Origin: an uncultured Nitrososphaeraceae archaeon
GTDB lineage: Archaea; Thermoproteota; Nitrososphaeria; Nitrososphaerales; Nitrososphaeraceae
DNA: 64,000 bases
NCBI GenBank assembly: GCA_963729045.1
Contig: CAVSMN010000014.1
Coordinates: forward strand, 1-64,000
Direction: 5' to 3'
Shown here: in pieces, positions 21,757 through 35,469 of the stretch
Layout of the letters: every line of letters starts with the position of its first letter
Position numbering within the stretch: position 1 is the first letter of the stretch
Translations under genes and position numbers: made by a program
The notes under the pieces: generated by a model
What the model was told of the DNA's origin: nothing
What the model saw: only the letters and a program-made list of their open reading frames with translations
Databases searched by the model: none

Positions 21757-22425
21757 TTGTCATTAGATAAAGTTAATGAACAAATCACTTTATGCAGCCA
21801 GTGTCCGCGTCTCCTGCAATATATTCGCAAAGTTGGAGACTATAGGCCGCAAAGATATAGTGGTTATACATATTGGGCAAAACCTGTACCGTCCTTCGGT
21901 GATCCTAAAGCGAGATTATTGATAATTGGTTTAGCACCAGCAGCCAATGGTGGTAACAGAACAGGAAGGATGTTTACAGGAGATAGCTCCGGGGAATGGT
22001 TGATGAAAGCATTGTTTGAAACTGGTTTTGCTAATAGCCCCCACAGTGTATCTGTTGATGATGGGTTGCTCCTATCCGACGCATACGTTACCTCTATAGT
22101 CAAGTGTGCTCCTCCAACGAACAAACCTACTAATTCTGAAATTTCTAATTGTTCACGATTTTTAAGAAGCGAATTAAATCTGTTAAAAAATAGTGTAGTC
22201 GTAGTCATAACTTTAGGCAAAATGGCTTTTGATACGTATTGCAAATTGAGTGATATGAGAGGATTGTACTTCAAACACAATAGTGTTTACCAAATAGATT
22301 CTACTAAGACTCTGATCGTTTCGTATCATCCAAGCAGGAGAAATACCAATACTGGGACTTTAACATGGCCTATGTGGATTCAAATATTTGAAAAGGCGAA
22401 ATCGATTATTGAGACCAAGTTATAG
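21757..22425 (+). CDS. udgB: uracil-DNA glycosylase family 5 (UdgB type, Fe-S)
   Basis: CSQCPRL, YWAKPVPSFGD, GLAPAANGGNRTGRMFTGD, VKCAPP.NKP, YHPSRRNT. Confidence 0.92.
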   Translation: MSLDKVNEQITLCSQCPRLLQYIRKVGDYRPQRYSGYTYWAKPVPSFGDPKARLLIIGLAPAANGGNRTGRMFTGDSSGEWLMKALFETGFANSPHSVSVDDGLLLSDAYVTSIVKCAPPTNKPTNSEISNCSRFLRSELNLLKNSVVVVITLGKMAFDTYCKLSDMRGLYFKHNSVYQIDSTKTLIVSYHPSRRNTNTGTLTWPMWIQIFEKAKSIIETKL

Positions 22426-22687
22426 GAACACATCTAGTCATCAATAACATATATTTTAATTATTGACCCAATAATTGTCAAACTCGATAGCAACTTTATA
22501 TCTGTATAAATCTTTGAATGGACTAAAAAGACAAACAAATAATAAATTCCAGGTAACCGTAAATCCTTAATTTACCTATTTATTAACCCCTCAAGATATT
22601 TTCCAAAGTATTTACTTGTTTGATTACTTTGGTGAGTATCAAAAGGCTTCATAATTATCAAGATCCAATTCAAAATACATATAATTT

Positions 22688-23473
22688 TTATCCTAAAGGA
22701 TATTTACGCTTGGCCCAATCTATGATGGACCCATCGTACAGTCTTACATTGGCAAAACCTGCTTGTTTTAGTTGCAAATATGTATGTGCAGCTCGAATTC
22801 CAGAGTGACAATAGCATATTATTTGTTTGTCCTGGGTGATACCTATTCTTTCGAAATCTTTTTTTAACACTTCAACATCCTTAATCATTTTACCATTGTC
22901 TCCTATTCCCTCATCATAATTGTGCAGGATTGAGCCTGGAATTCTCGCGTATAAATGCTCTTGGGGGGTGCGTGCATCTATGATGATAGTTTCAGGCTTG
23001 TCTTTCTCTTCAAAAATGATTTGTGCATCAGCTCTCTCAGTAGCTTTAATATGCGCAATAAATCCTCTGTCTGGTTTTGTCGCTGTATTATTTGATTTAA
23101 AGTCTTTTGTAACGGGGTATCCACTTTGTAACCAGTTTTCAAAACCAATATCTAGAATCTTTACATTCCTGTGACCAAAATAAATAAGTGTCCAAACAAT
23201 TCTTGCGAGTGAAGGATCTGGGTATTCACCATACACGATAACTACTTTGGTGTCATCAATACCCATGTCAGTAAATATTTGTTCTGCAGCTTGGGGCGTA
23301 ATTACCAGATGAGCCCCATTTTCATCGGTTGATATCACCTTTTCCACACCCATCGGCACAGCATTCTTAATATGACTGAATCTAAAGGGCATAATTCCCC
23401 TGGAATCAATTATTATCAAATTTTCATCGTCTAAATGTGAAGCCAACCAACTGGCGTCTATTATCATATTCAT
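22688..23473 (-). CDS. thiosulfate/3-mercaptopyruvate sulfurtransferase (tandem rhodanese)
   Basis: HIKNA, IDAR...RIPGS, active loop YCHSGIRA, LYDGSIIDW. Confidence 0.93.
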   Translation of the reverse strand: MNMIIDASWLASHLDDENLIIIDSRGIMPFRFSHIKNAVPMGVEKVISTDENGAHLVITPQAAEQIFTDMGIDDTKVVIVYGEYPDPSLARIVWTLIYFGHRNVKILDIGFENWLQSGYPVTKDFKSNNTATKPDRGFIAHIKATERADAQIIFEEKDKPETIIIDARTPQEHLYARIPGSILHNYDEGIGDNGKMIKDVEVLKKDFERIGITQDKQIICYCHSGIRAAHTYLQLKQAGFANVRLYDGSIIDWAKRKYPLG

Positions 23474-23607
23474 TTACAAAAAATCATGTATATTTGGGTG
23501 AACGTGTTATATTTCTTTAATGCCTAAATTTTCTAAAATCTTGATATGATTTTTGTGAGGTATACAAATAGGTTTTATATACGTACTTACTAATTTTTCG
23601 TATATCC

Positions 23608-25890
23608 ATGGCCTCAGGTAAATATGATGAAAAGTCATTACCTCCTCATGGTTTTCATCTGCATAAAAATACGCAGTTATTATATGGAGCTGAAAATGCG
23701 GTAGGAAAAGGCGTAGAATTTATGAAAAATGTTAAACATAGGATGGATATTACATTTGATCATAGAGCTCCTTCGATAGTTATTGAAATCCCACAGTACT
23801 ACAATGGCTACGGGGATATTCTAAAAAGGGGAGGAAAAATTAGATGTATAACCGAAATTACAAAAGAAAATCTACGATATTGCGAAGAACTAGTGAAAAC
23901 TGTTACTGAATTAAGACATATGGATGGTCTTAAAGGAGGAATTGCTATAAATGAAACTGAGTACATGGCTACTACAGTCCTTCAAGAAGCACAGCCATTA
24001 ACTGAGGTAATCTATAGCAATGTAGACGAAGTTGTTGCTCAGGGGCAATTTATTTTTGATACTTTATGGAAAAATGCTACAGTTGCTCAAAAGAAGATCA
24101 AAGAATTAAAAGAAGGGATCAAATCTTATGAAACAAAATTAATCACAGAATCTAGTGATTCATTAATAGAAACTGAGTTTGGGCGAGTAGTATGGAATTC
24201 TTCTGAAATTAATGTTTGTACATCTATTGACGGTTTAAGGATTAACAAAAATTATCTTGTAGAATCCATAATAAATGCATTAACAAATGAGGGGATAAAT
24301 ACACATAAACGAATAAGAATTCTAGTTGAGATCACTAGAGACAATCTAGAGATAGTTAAAGAATTACTAGATTTAGGAATACAGATTAGACATATCAAAG
24401 ATATGTCTTCTATCGATTACACTGTCACTAATTCGGATCTTATTATAGCAGTTAAGAGAACGGAAAGAAATGATCCTAGCGATAGTATTTTATATAGTAA
24501 TGATCCCTCATATTTAGATCATTTCTCAAATGTATTTGAAGAGCTGTGGAAGAGTAGCAAGGATCCAGAAAGAGTCATAAAATCATTAGAAGAGGAAACT
24601 GAATTATCTTTTATAGAAACCATCGATGATCCTGAGGAGTCAGTGAAATTAGTTCGTACTTTGATATCATCTGCTAAATATGAAATTTTAGCTATTCTTC
24701 CCAATTTTAATTCATTTTTAAGACAGGTCGAATCGGGAATGATGGAGTTTATGAAGAATATCTCTATATCAAGAAAGAATATGAATATCAGAATCCTTAT
24801 CGTAGAGGAAACTGATAATGAAATACAGCACAAGATTTTGACAATATTTGACAAATTTAATGGAAAGATTCCCGGCATTTCTAACTCTGACGAGATCCCA
24901 CTGGAATTTAAATTCAAGGGTGTTGAGAATTTCAAATTGAAAATTTTAAACAGCAGGTTATTTACTGAGATAGGATTCTTAATTGTTGATAAGAATAAAT
25001 CATTGATAATCGAATCAAAAAACATACCTGCGATTGATATGATTGAGTCTATTGGACTTTCATCATATTCAAATAGTCACAGGGTTTCTAAATCATATGC
25101 GTCTATATTTGAAGCTCTTTGGAATCAAGCTGAACTATACGATAAATTAAAAGTACAAGACAGACTACAAAAAGAATTTATTAATATTGCTGCACATGAA
25201 CTTAGAAATCCGGTGCAATCATTGTTAGGATATTCAGATATCTTGATGAATACCACAGGAAATATCGACAACTATAGCAACTTTATAGTTACTATAAATC
25301 AAAGCACAAAGAGGCTTGCACGGTTAATTGATAAAGTATTGGATGTTACGCAACTAGAAAATGAATTATTGATACTGCATAAAGAAAATTTCAGTTTAGA
25401 GAAACTTGTAATAGAAATTGTAAGAGAATATAATAATAATATACATCTCTTAAATAAAAATCAGTTAGAAATCAGGTACGATTCCAGACTCAATGATTGC
25501 AATAGTACTAATTCTGAAAGCAGAAGAAATTTTGGATATGTGTTTGCGGATAGAACACGAATTATTCAGGTAATAGTAAACATCTTAGAAAATGCAGTTG
25601 AATTTACAGACAGTGGGACAATCACTCTGCGATTAAGTGAGAACAAGACAACCAGTGAGATTTTATTGACTATTAGTGATTCGGGGCGCGGGATAGATCC
25701 AGAAATTCTACCTAATCTATTCACCAAGTTCGTATCAAAATCACGCAAAGGAACCGGATTAGGATTGTACATTTCAAAAAAAATAATTGAGACACATGAG
25801 GGAAAGATATGGGCTGAAAATTGTTACGATGGAAATAACAAGATTGAAGGATCAAAGTTTACACTGACCTTACCATCAAAAGGCAATTAA
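23608..25890 (+). CDS. soluble sensor histidine kinase (orphan)
   Basis: H-box FINIAAHELRNP, N-box NILENA, G1 DSGRGI, G2 GTGLGL; no TM segments. Confidence 0.95.
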   Translation: MASGKYDEKSLPPHGFHLHKNTQLLYGAENAVGKGVEFMKNVKHRMDITFDHRAPSIVIEIPQYYNGYGDILKRGGKIRCITEITKENLRYCEELVKTVTELRHMDGLKGGIAINETEYMATTVLQEAQPLTEVIYSNVDEVVAQGQFIFDTLWKNATVAQKKIKELKEGIKSYETKLITESSDSLIETEFGRVVWNSSEINVCTSIDGLRINKNYLVESIINALTNEGINTHKRIRILVEITRDNLEIVKELLDLGIQIRHIKDMSSIDYTVTNSDLIIAVKRTERNDPSDSILYSNDPSYLDHFSNVFEELWKSSKDPERVIKSLEEETELSFIETIDDPEESVKLVRTLISSAKYEILAILPNFNSFLRQVESGMMEFMKNISISRKNMNIRILIVEETDNEIQHKILTIFDKFNGKIPGISNSDEIPLEFKFKGVENFKLKILNSRLFTEIGFLIVDKNKSLIIESKNIPAIDMIESIGLSSYSNSHRVSKSYASIFEALWNQAELYDKLKVQDRLQKEFINIAAHELRNPVQSLLGYSDILMNTTGNIDNYSNFIVTINQSTKRLARLIDKVLDVTQLENELLILHKENFSLEKLVIEIVREYNNNIHLLNKNQLEIRYDSRLNDCNSTNSESRRNFGYVFADRTRIIQVIVNILENAVEFTDSGTITLRLSENKTTSEILLTISDSGRGIDPEILPNLFTKFVSKSRKGTGLGLYISKKIIETHEGKIWAENCYDGNNKIEGSKFTLTLPSKGN

Positions 25891-26144
25891 GAACTTTATA
25901 ATTATATCGTTATCAGGAAATCATGGTATAACTAATAAGAAAATCCTGTTCCTATTGTACCTTACTGAAGCCAAATCTTGGATATTTCGCCAAGGAATCA
26001 AATGAATTAACACAAATGATAGGACTTGATATTTTTTTATCTATTATTGTTTAAATAAATCTACTAAAAAGTAAGAGGGTGAGTTAAACTTTGGTTGGAA
26101 TAGAATAATAATGCCCTCAAAAATGAGATTTGTTTCATAATTGA

Positions 26145-27170
26145 CTAGGTCAGATCATTCCTTAATATTATACGATATCTTGCTTTCCCTGCCTCTAGAT
26201 GTTCTAGGGCTTCATTAACTTTGGACAATGGATATTCCTCAACTAGTGGCATAATCTGGTTTCGTGTACAAAAATTGAGCATACTCAAGATAACCGCAGG
26301 ACCTCCAGTTGGGGAGGCTCCTATTGATCTTTCATGAGAAATCAAAGGAGACATCGTGGCCCTTACCTGAGGGACGGCTCCAACTATATGCAGTCTTCCT
26401 CCTGGGGCAAGAGTATTGATATAGGCATCCCAATCTATCTCGACATTTGCAGTTACAAGAATCATCTTAAATTTATTTGCTAATGAGTTCAGATTTTTCG
26501 TATTATTTGAATTTATAAAGTGATGTGCCCCAAATTTCCTAGCTTCTTTCTCTTTTTTAGGATTAGTAGAGAAAGCTGTAACTTCACATCCCCATGCATT
26601 GAGAAAAAGGAGAGCCATATGGCCAAGTCCTCCTATTCCTACTACTGCGACATGATCTGTAGCCTTGATCCCATTTTGAATGATGGGACTAAATACTGTG
26701 ATACCACCACAAAAGAGTGGACCTGCTGTTTTAATGTCTAGGTTATCTGGTAGTGGAAAAGCCCATAAGGCTTGACAGCGGACCTTATTTCCAAATCCAC
26801 CATGTCTACCCACAATTACATCTTCTCCAGTTAAACATCGGTTATGATAACCACTCAAACATTGTTCACATGTCTGACATGAACGAGATCTCCATCCAAC
26901 TCCAACTCGTTGGCCTGTTTTTAGATGAGTTACCATTTTTCCAACGGATGAAATTTTTCCAATGATTTCATGTCCTGGGACAAATGGATATTTGGTGATC
27001 CCCCATTCATTCTTGAGCATGTGCAAATCGCTATGGCAGATTCCACAATACTCGATGTCTATGTCAACTTCATCAGGCTTGAGTGGTCCCAGCTCATATT
27101 CAAAAGGCTTTAATTTTGATCCTGATTTAGTTGCAGCAAAGGCTTGGACTTTCATGATAGTAGTTGGCAT
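26145..27170 (-). CDS. Zn-dependent NAD(P)H alcohol dehydrogenase / aldehyde reductase (CAD/Ahr-like)
   Basis: CGICHSD, GHE, CxxCxxC...C structural Zn, GPLFCGGITV, GIGGLGH, GKARYR. Confidence 0.95.
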   Translation of the reverse strand: MPTTIMKVQAFAATKSGSKLKPFEYELGPLKPDEVDIDIEYCGICHSDLHMLKNEWGITKYPFVPGHEIIGKISSVGKMVTHLKTGQRVGVGWRSRSCQTCEQCLSGYHNRCLTGEDVIVGRHGGFGNKVRCQALWAFPLPDNLDIKTAGPLFCGGITVFSPIIQNGIKATDHVAVVGIGGLGHMALLFLNAWGCEVTAFSTNPKKEKEARKFGAHHFINSNNTKNLNSLANKFKMILVTANVEIDWDAYINTLAPGGRLHIVGAVPQVRATMSPLISHERSIGASPTGGPAVILSMLNFCTRNQIMPLVEEYPLSKVNEALEHLEAGKARYRIILRNDLT

Positions 27171-27360
27171 ATATTGTATAAATAAATAATCGTTTGCCTA
27201 TTTGAAAGTGGCTTTGCATCATCATAAAAATTAAAATTTTGGAAATTGCTTGGTATAATGACATTTACACGTCCTAAATACCGATATCATGTCCTAAACC
27301 ATATCTTAATAATTATTCAAGTCTAAAACTTGCTAATTCATTGAAATCTTAAAATCTATA

Positions 27361-28026
27361 GTGAAAAATAAAGGTGATATTATTATATATTTAGATATGT
27401 TATCCACCACGGAGAAAAAAATTTCTAGTATGAAGACTGTAGGAATTTTGATATTTAACGATGTAGAAGTTTTGGATGTTGCTGGTCCATTTGAAGTTTT
27501 TTCGATGACGCGTCTTGATGAAAACAAGAGATATGAAACCGCATCACCTTTTCGAGTTGTGCTGTTATCGGAAACAAAAACACCTATCATTGCAATCGGA
27601 GGATTAAAGCTCCTTCCAGATTTTACTTTTGATGATTGTCCAAATTTAGATTTATTCATCGTACCCGGCGGATGGGGCACACGTAGAGAGGTAAATAACC
27701 TTGTATTGCTCCAAAAGATATCAAAACTATCTGCAAAATCTACTTTGACCGCATCAGTTTGTACAGGTTCAAGTCTAATTGGTAGGGCGGGACTTTTGGA
27801 TGGAAAAAAGGCTACTACTCATTGGAGAACATTTAATTTTCTACGTGACTCTGCACCCAAAGCTCAAATACAACAAGATGTGATTTTTACTGTTGATGGA
27901 ACTATATTTACTTCTGCAGGGGTTGCTTCAGGCATAAGGTTATCTTTATTCCTTGTCAGTCATTTTTTTGGAGCACAGGTTGGCAAAGAGACTGCACGGT
28001 TCCTTGAATTTCCATATCCTGAGTAG
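27361..28026 (+). CDS. DJ-1/PfpI family protein (isocyanide hydratase-like); start may be 27397 or 27429
   Basis: EVLDVAGPFEVF, VPGG.G, SVCTG, ATTHW, TSAGV. Confidence 0.9.
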   Translation: MKNKGDIIIYLDMLSTTEKKISSMKTVGILIFNDVEVLDVAGPFEVFSMTRLDENKRYETASPFRVVLLSETKTPIIAIGGLKLLPDFTFDDCPNLDLFIVPGGWGTRREVNNLVLLQKISKLSAKSTLTASVCTGSSLIGRAGLLDGKKATTHWRTFNFLRDSAPKAQIQQDVIFTVDGTIFTSAGVASGIRLSLFLVSHFFGAQVGKETARFLEFPYPE

Positions 28027-28282
28027 TTTAGAGAGAAGAGGGTCATCAAAAAATATCCTAAAGGAACATCACCGAGTGAGATTCTAGATTTTCTAGAGGC
28101 GAACTCATATAATCATGATCAAATTTTTCAACAATCTCAAGCCGTTTTGTTATTTTAAGTTATATGAATATTTTCATTTATCTACAAAGTTCTAGAATTT
28201 CTAACACGTATTTTTTACATTTTCTTATGGGGTGAAGCAAAGGAACAAAAAATATCATGATTAAATAGCAAATCATCCAAAT

Positions 28283-29191
28283 ATGGTTAGGAAAATGGAG
28301 AGTTCTTGGAGGAAAAGGGATACTGGGATAACAATAAGAATAATTATTTGCTTGGGCATATTGGCCTTTTTGTACATTGTTTTTATCACGGTTTTGGCTT
28401 ATTTTGGCTTGGGTTTTTTTCCAATAGTAATAATTTCGGCAGTTTTTATTTTGGGTCAGTGGTTTTTTTCTGATAGAATAGTTCTTTGGAGTACTGGAGC
28501 AAAAATAGTTACCAAGGAACAATATGTAAGTTTGCACTCTATGGTGGAAAATATAGTGTCTAATAATAATTTGCCCAAGCCCAAGATTGCTGTAGTAAAC
28601 AACCGAATTCCTAATGCGTTTGCCACAGGCAAAGGTCATCGCAGTTCTGTGGTTGCTGTTACTACAGGATTATTAGAAATATTAGATCAGGATGAATTAG
28701 AGGGAGTTTTAGCACACGAATTAACACACATAAAAAATCGAGATGTAATGGTAATAACACTCGCTAGTTTGTTTTCAACCATAGCATGGCAAATGATGCA
28801 ATTCGGATTTTTTGGAGGAATATATGGTGCAGGAAGGGATCGCAATAATGGAAGCTCTATGATAATCATAATTGTTGTTTCATTAGTAACTTGGATAGTG
28901 AGTTTTCTAATAATTAGGGCCATCTCGCGTTATAGAGAATATTCTGCAGATAGAGGTGCGGCTCAAATGACCAGAAAGCCTGTCAGCTTGGCTAACGCAT
29001 TGTTGAAAATTAGTGGAACTATGCATAAAGTGCCACCAAAGGAATTAAAACACATAGAGGGCTACAATGCCTTTTTCATAATTCCTGCAATTTCAGGTGA
29101 CACTCTTACGCAACTTTTTTCAACTCATCCACCAATCGAAAAGAGAGTTCAAAAATTGTTAGACATGGAGTCATCTATGCGTCGATATTAA
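28283..29191 (+). CDS. htpX: zinc metalloprotease HtpX (M48)
   Basis: PNAFATG, HELTH, SRYREYSADRG, FSTHPP. Confidence 0.95.
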   Translation: MVRKMESSWRKRDTGITIRIIICLGILAFLYIVFITVLAYFGLGFFPIVIISAVFILGQWFFSDRIVLWSTGAKIVTKEQYVSLHSMVENIVSNNNLPKPKIAVVNNRIPNAFATGKGHRSSVVAVTTGLLEILDQDELEGVLAHELTHIKNRDVMVITLASLFSTIAWQMMQFGFFGGIYGAGRDRNNGSSMIIIIVVSLVTWIVSFLIIRAISRYREYSADRGAAQMTRKPVSLANALLKISGTMHKVPPKELKHIEGYNAFFIIPAISGDTLTQLFSTHPPIEKRVQKLLDMESSMRRY

Positions 29192-29424
29192 TGCTCATCA
29201 AAGGGAGGTATTAATCTAAGATGAATTCAATTTTTGAATTTGTCTTCGATTTATTCATTTGACCATATAGATAAAGTCATGAGAATTGCACTTGATGACT
29301 ATAATGAAAATAATGATTGATGTATCTTGTTGCCTTTAACTTCCAACCTTGGTTAGGGCTATTCGGTCAAACGATATTAGGATTACAAATAAGGATAAAG
29401 TGTTCTTTTATTAAATTCGGTGGA

Positions 29425-31674
<2,250 letters not shown>

Positions 31675-31949
31675 TTATACTAGTATTAATAGTGAATTAT
31701 TTTTGGCAACATTTTTAGTCCCTAAAGTAAAAGTCTATGCAACCTTTTCCAAAAAATTTTCATACTCAAATTTCTAAATTTTTTTAATTCCTTAAAATTT
31801 TCATAAAATATTCCAAACTTAAATACCACATACGTTCGAATAATATCTAAGTCTTTACTAGGTCAATCTACGATAGTTCGATCAAAACACAAACAAGATA
31901 AACAACATAATAACAGGATATAAAAATTTCAATCTTATTACAATTCGAC

Positions 31950-32095
31950 TAAAACTGGCTAGAGAGGACATTGCAGTATATAAAAAAAGACAGGACCAAA
32001 GAAAAATTTGACGATTATTTTCCATCTAGAAAGAAAAACTGTATCAAAACATGTACAAACCTGGATGAATCGATTTACATATCAAAATAATTGGG
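31950..32095 (+). mobile_element. degenerate remnant of a DDE (IS6-like) transposase C-terminus
   Basis: Frames read LERTLQYIKKDRTKEKFDDYFPSRKKNC / KHVQTWMNRFTYQN, recalling the ERTxQYIKDR..FDDYFP...HV.NW tail of thaumarchaeal DDE transposases (from memory); upstream stop codons, no start. Confidence 0.55.
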
Positions 32096-32169
32096 GAAAT
32101 ATCTCATTAAGATGTCTCACCGGCAGGTATGGAAAAGAATAAGTAATAGCTGTCTTTAGGTAACCTGTA

Positions 32170-32754
32170 TTGTTGGCAAAAATCACTATACTTCCTTTAT
32201 TCTTGCTTTTTTTTTCTTTTCTTTTCTTTTCTCCGGTAGTCTTGGGACAAACAAATGTGACAAAAACCACCTTTCAAGATCCGCGTACAGGAATTACTCT
32301 TCAGTATCCATCGGATTGGAAGGTAACTGATAAAGAATACGCTGATGCGATCTTTGGAGATATGGATGGTATGGATAATGGGTTGAATCAAGATCCTAAA
32401 CTTGTTGAACCTATAGTTTTGTTACTCCCAGAATCTCTGGATGGATCTTCATTTTTAATTTTGTCTGAGTTACTTCCTTTCCCCGTGTCCATTGAAAAAT
32501 ATACCGAATTAACTAGGAATTCATTACTGTCTGATCCTACAATCAAATTGTCAAATAACCTTCCAATTTCACTCAGTAATATGAGTGGGTTAAAATATAA
32601 TGTTACTTCTAAAAGCGATCCGTACTTACAAACACAAATTTTATTTGTTAATGATTCGAATGCGTTTGTAGTAGGCTATACAGTTGGGGAAACTGAAAAA
32701 TCGCAAAATATCATGGATATTAACTCTATGGTTGATTCCATAAGAATTGACTAA
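32170..32754 (+). CDS. secreted PsbP-like domain protein
   Basis: Signal peptide; F.D...GITLQYPSDW motif. Confidence 0.75.
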   Translation: MLAKITILPLFLLFFSFLFFSPVVLGQTNVTKTTFQDPRTGITLQYPSDWKVTDKEYADAIFGDMDGMDNGLNQDPKLVEPIVLLLPESLDGSSFLILSELLPFPVSIEKYTELTRNSLLSDPTIKLSNNLPISLSNMSGLKYNVTSKSDPYLQTQILFVNDSNAFVVGYTVGETEKSQNIMDINSMVDSIRID

Positions 32755-32942
32755 CAATGTCTTTTCCACTTATTTTTTATCTTAGCAAATTATTTATGGA
32801 GAATTGATTCATATTGCATAATTGCCTTCCAAGCTTAAAATCAAACATCATTGCGTTTCAGTATTTCAAAGATATTCGGACAAGGATTCTCTTGCATCAA
32901 TCTATGATTTATTCTATCGTTGACAATTTCTGAAATATAAAC

Positions 32943-33188
32943 ATGCAAAAAATTTTGATATTAGCCGATGATCCGATAAGGACTAAATTAGAAGAAAAAT
33001 TAAGACGGCGGTTTGATGTGGAATCTGTTCCACCTCCTTTAAATGGCATATGTGAAATCAAAATGCGCCTCCGTGGAAACTGGATCACATTATGTAGATT
33101 TTCACCAAATGAAAACTTCCGCGATATAATAACGATGTTTAACGTAAATTATGATTTAAAATCTCGAACAACAAAATCAATGTCATAG
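32943..33188 (+). CDS. hypothetical protein
   Basis: 81 aa ATG-initiated ORF with globular composition. Confidence 0.7.
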   Translation: MQKILILADDPIRTKLEEKLRRRFDVESVPPPLNGICEIKMRLRGNWITLCRFSPNENFRDIITMFNVNYDLKSRTTKSMS

Positions 33189-33403
33189 AAACACAGACGC
33201 CTCTTCTTCTTATTCCTTATTTTCTCTATTATATTTGACCTTTTTGTCTTATCCTTTTATTTACATATACAACATAGTCGTAGCATTTTGTCGATAATCA
33301 AAATAAAAAGGGAATTGAAAAAACTATGAATTACTAAATTCAGGACTCTATGTGATACGCTTGAAATAAATAAAGTACAAAAATATGTTTGCACCTCTAC
33401 TAG

Positions 33404-33637
33404 TTATATGTCCCCATCATCGATTCTAATGATCTTACAATATTTACAATAATATTCGTTCTTTTTTATCAAATCCATTTTTCTATTGCAGCGGTTACAT
33501 CTTGACATTTGTTCTTTTATAATACGATGCTGAATCCTCTTCAAAACAAAGGGGATGATAAAACCTATCATTATGTATCCTACGACGCGTGATAATACGC
33601 CCCTTCTCTGCCTCCCAGAGTTTCCGTATTTTGCCAT
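33404..33637 (-). CDS. small membrane-anchored zinc-ribbon protein
   Basis: One TM helix followed by CNRC...CKYC. Confidence 0.7.
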   Translation of the reverse strand: MAKYGNSGRQRRGVLSRVVGYIMIGFIIPFVLKRIQHRIIKEQMSRCNRCNRKMDLIKKNEYYCKYCKIIRIDDGDI

Positions 33638-34414
33638 AGTTCGATTTCATGTATATATTAGTAATCGGTATTGAATAATCTTTTGTTTGAGATGAGATTA
33701 AAAATCAGATTGAATATCATGTGAACTTGTTTAATATTGCCTCCGAATCAAACCATAATGCAATTTTATTAATGACACTTGTATTTACAGCCAAAATTAT
33801 AGAATATCCATTCTGAATTATTTAATTATGACATGGAGAACTAGATAGTACTTTATAAAGAAATATGGTAACAAACTTTCTCAAAGCAGGTTAGCGTATG
33901 ATCATGACAATTGTAGTCTGCTCCTTGGTGCAGATTTAGTATGATTATCTAAACCTGTTTCCAATATCATAGTATCCTATTGCTTGTAATAATATAATTA
34001 ATACCAAGAAAATTGAATTTGTCTGGTTATGAAAGAAACTAGATATGGTGGGGTCTAAAATGACAAATTCTGGAATAAAGGTCGCACATTAAGGATTTAT
34101 TAGGTCTAAAATAATTACTTCACTTTCATTCTAAAAAAATTCTAACTCAATCCCTTAATTTCTCTAACTCGGCCTTTCTATTAGGTTAGTATCTTTGGTC
34201 AATAATGGTAAATGGCTCTTTATCAAAAGGATTAGATAAATTATTAATACCATGTTATAAGAAAGCACACACCATGGTCGATATTTGTTTGCTATCTTCA
34301 TGAGTACAACTATACCGAAACTATCTCAATGTCAATTTCTATGTACAATCCTTATCAAACCTATTGATAATAGCGGCTCGGCCTGTATAAGCAATCAAGT
34401 ATGTATATATTAAA

Positions 34415-35092
34415 TTGAAAAGATATATTACTTTGAAAAACTGGTTGGATGATGCTAATTATTACGAAGTCTTGGAGATATCACGATACGCCAATCAGAG
34501 AGATATAAAAAGTGCGTTTAGACGACTTGCAAGGAGATACCATCCCGACAGGAATTCAACAGTTTCTGATGATATAATGAAGAATATTAATATCGCGTTT
34601 GAAATTCTATCCGATCCAGGAAAAAGGCAACAATACGATGAATCTCTTGCTGGTGAGCGTCCAAGAAAATTAGACCGTTCTGATCAAAATCATGAAGATA
34701 ATTCAACTTCTAATCGATATAATTGGAAAGTAGATACTATCTCAGACGACTTGGACCGTCAGACTGGAAGTTACGATAATGAAGTCAACGTAAATTTTGA
34801 AAGTAGATTAAATGCTGAACATGAGGCTGCGTCGTTAGGTAAGGATACTTCTTTATTAGAAAGTCGATATCGTATAATTATAGAGCCGTCACTCTGCTTA
34901 GCATTCGGAAGTTGTGAAACGCTTGCTCCGAAGGTTTTTGTAGTTGAGAAGAATAGACGTATAAATCCAAAAGCGATAGTTATATCAGAAACAGCCGAAG
35001 ATTTTGAAACTATACTTGATGCAGCCAAAACTTGTCCCACTAAGGCAATTTTCATCATTGACAGATATACAGGCGAACGCATTTTTCCATAG
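34415..35092 (+). CDS. DnaJ-domain-ferredoxin fusion (DnaJ-Fer)
   Basis: NYYEVL...YHPDRN...KRQQYD J-domain; C-terminal CLAFGSC...CPTKAI ferredoxin. Confidence 0.92.
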   Translation: MKRYITLKNWLDDANYYEVLEISRYANQRDIKSAFRRLARRYHPDRNSTVSDDIMKNINIAFEILSDPGKRQQYDESLAGERPRKLDRSDQNHEDNSTSNRYNWKVDTISDDLDRQTGSYDNEVNVNFESRLNAEHEAASLGKDTSLLESRYRIIIEPSLCLAFGSCETLAPKVFVVEKNRRINPKAIVISETAEDFETILDAAKTCPTKAIFIIDRYTGERIFP

Positions 35093-35469
35093 TTTCCACA
35101 TAATGAACATCTAGTTCCGCTAAATGATCTTTCTTTTGTCAGTGGTTCTGTGAGTAGAAATAACAATCTGTTTCAGCAAAATCTAATTTATACAAGATAT
35201 TTGATTTCAGGACAAAGTGCCACTACCGTTGGTGATTCCATATGGTTGTTGTGATACATGTTATAACTTATCTCCATGACCACCAGTGAACTTTGCTTTT
35301 CTTGTAGATTTCCTTTAATTTACCTCTGATTGAACTCCAAGTTAATTAACATTATTATTATTTTGCTCATCATAACAGTGAGACTAAATTAGTTCTATCT
35401 CATACTGCAAATAAATTTCATAAAATTATTTATCCTATAAAGTATTAAGGTTGTTGAGGGAGAAGTTCT

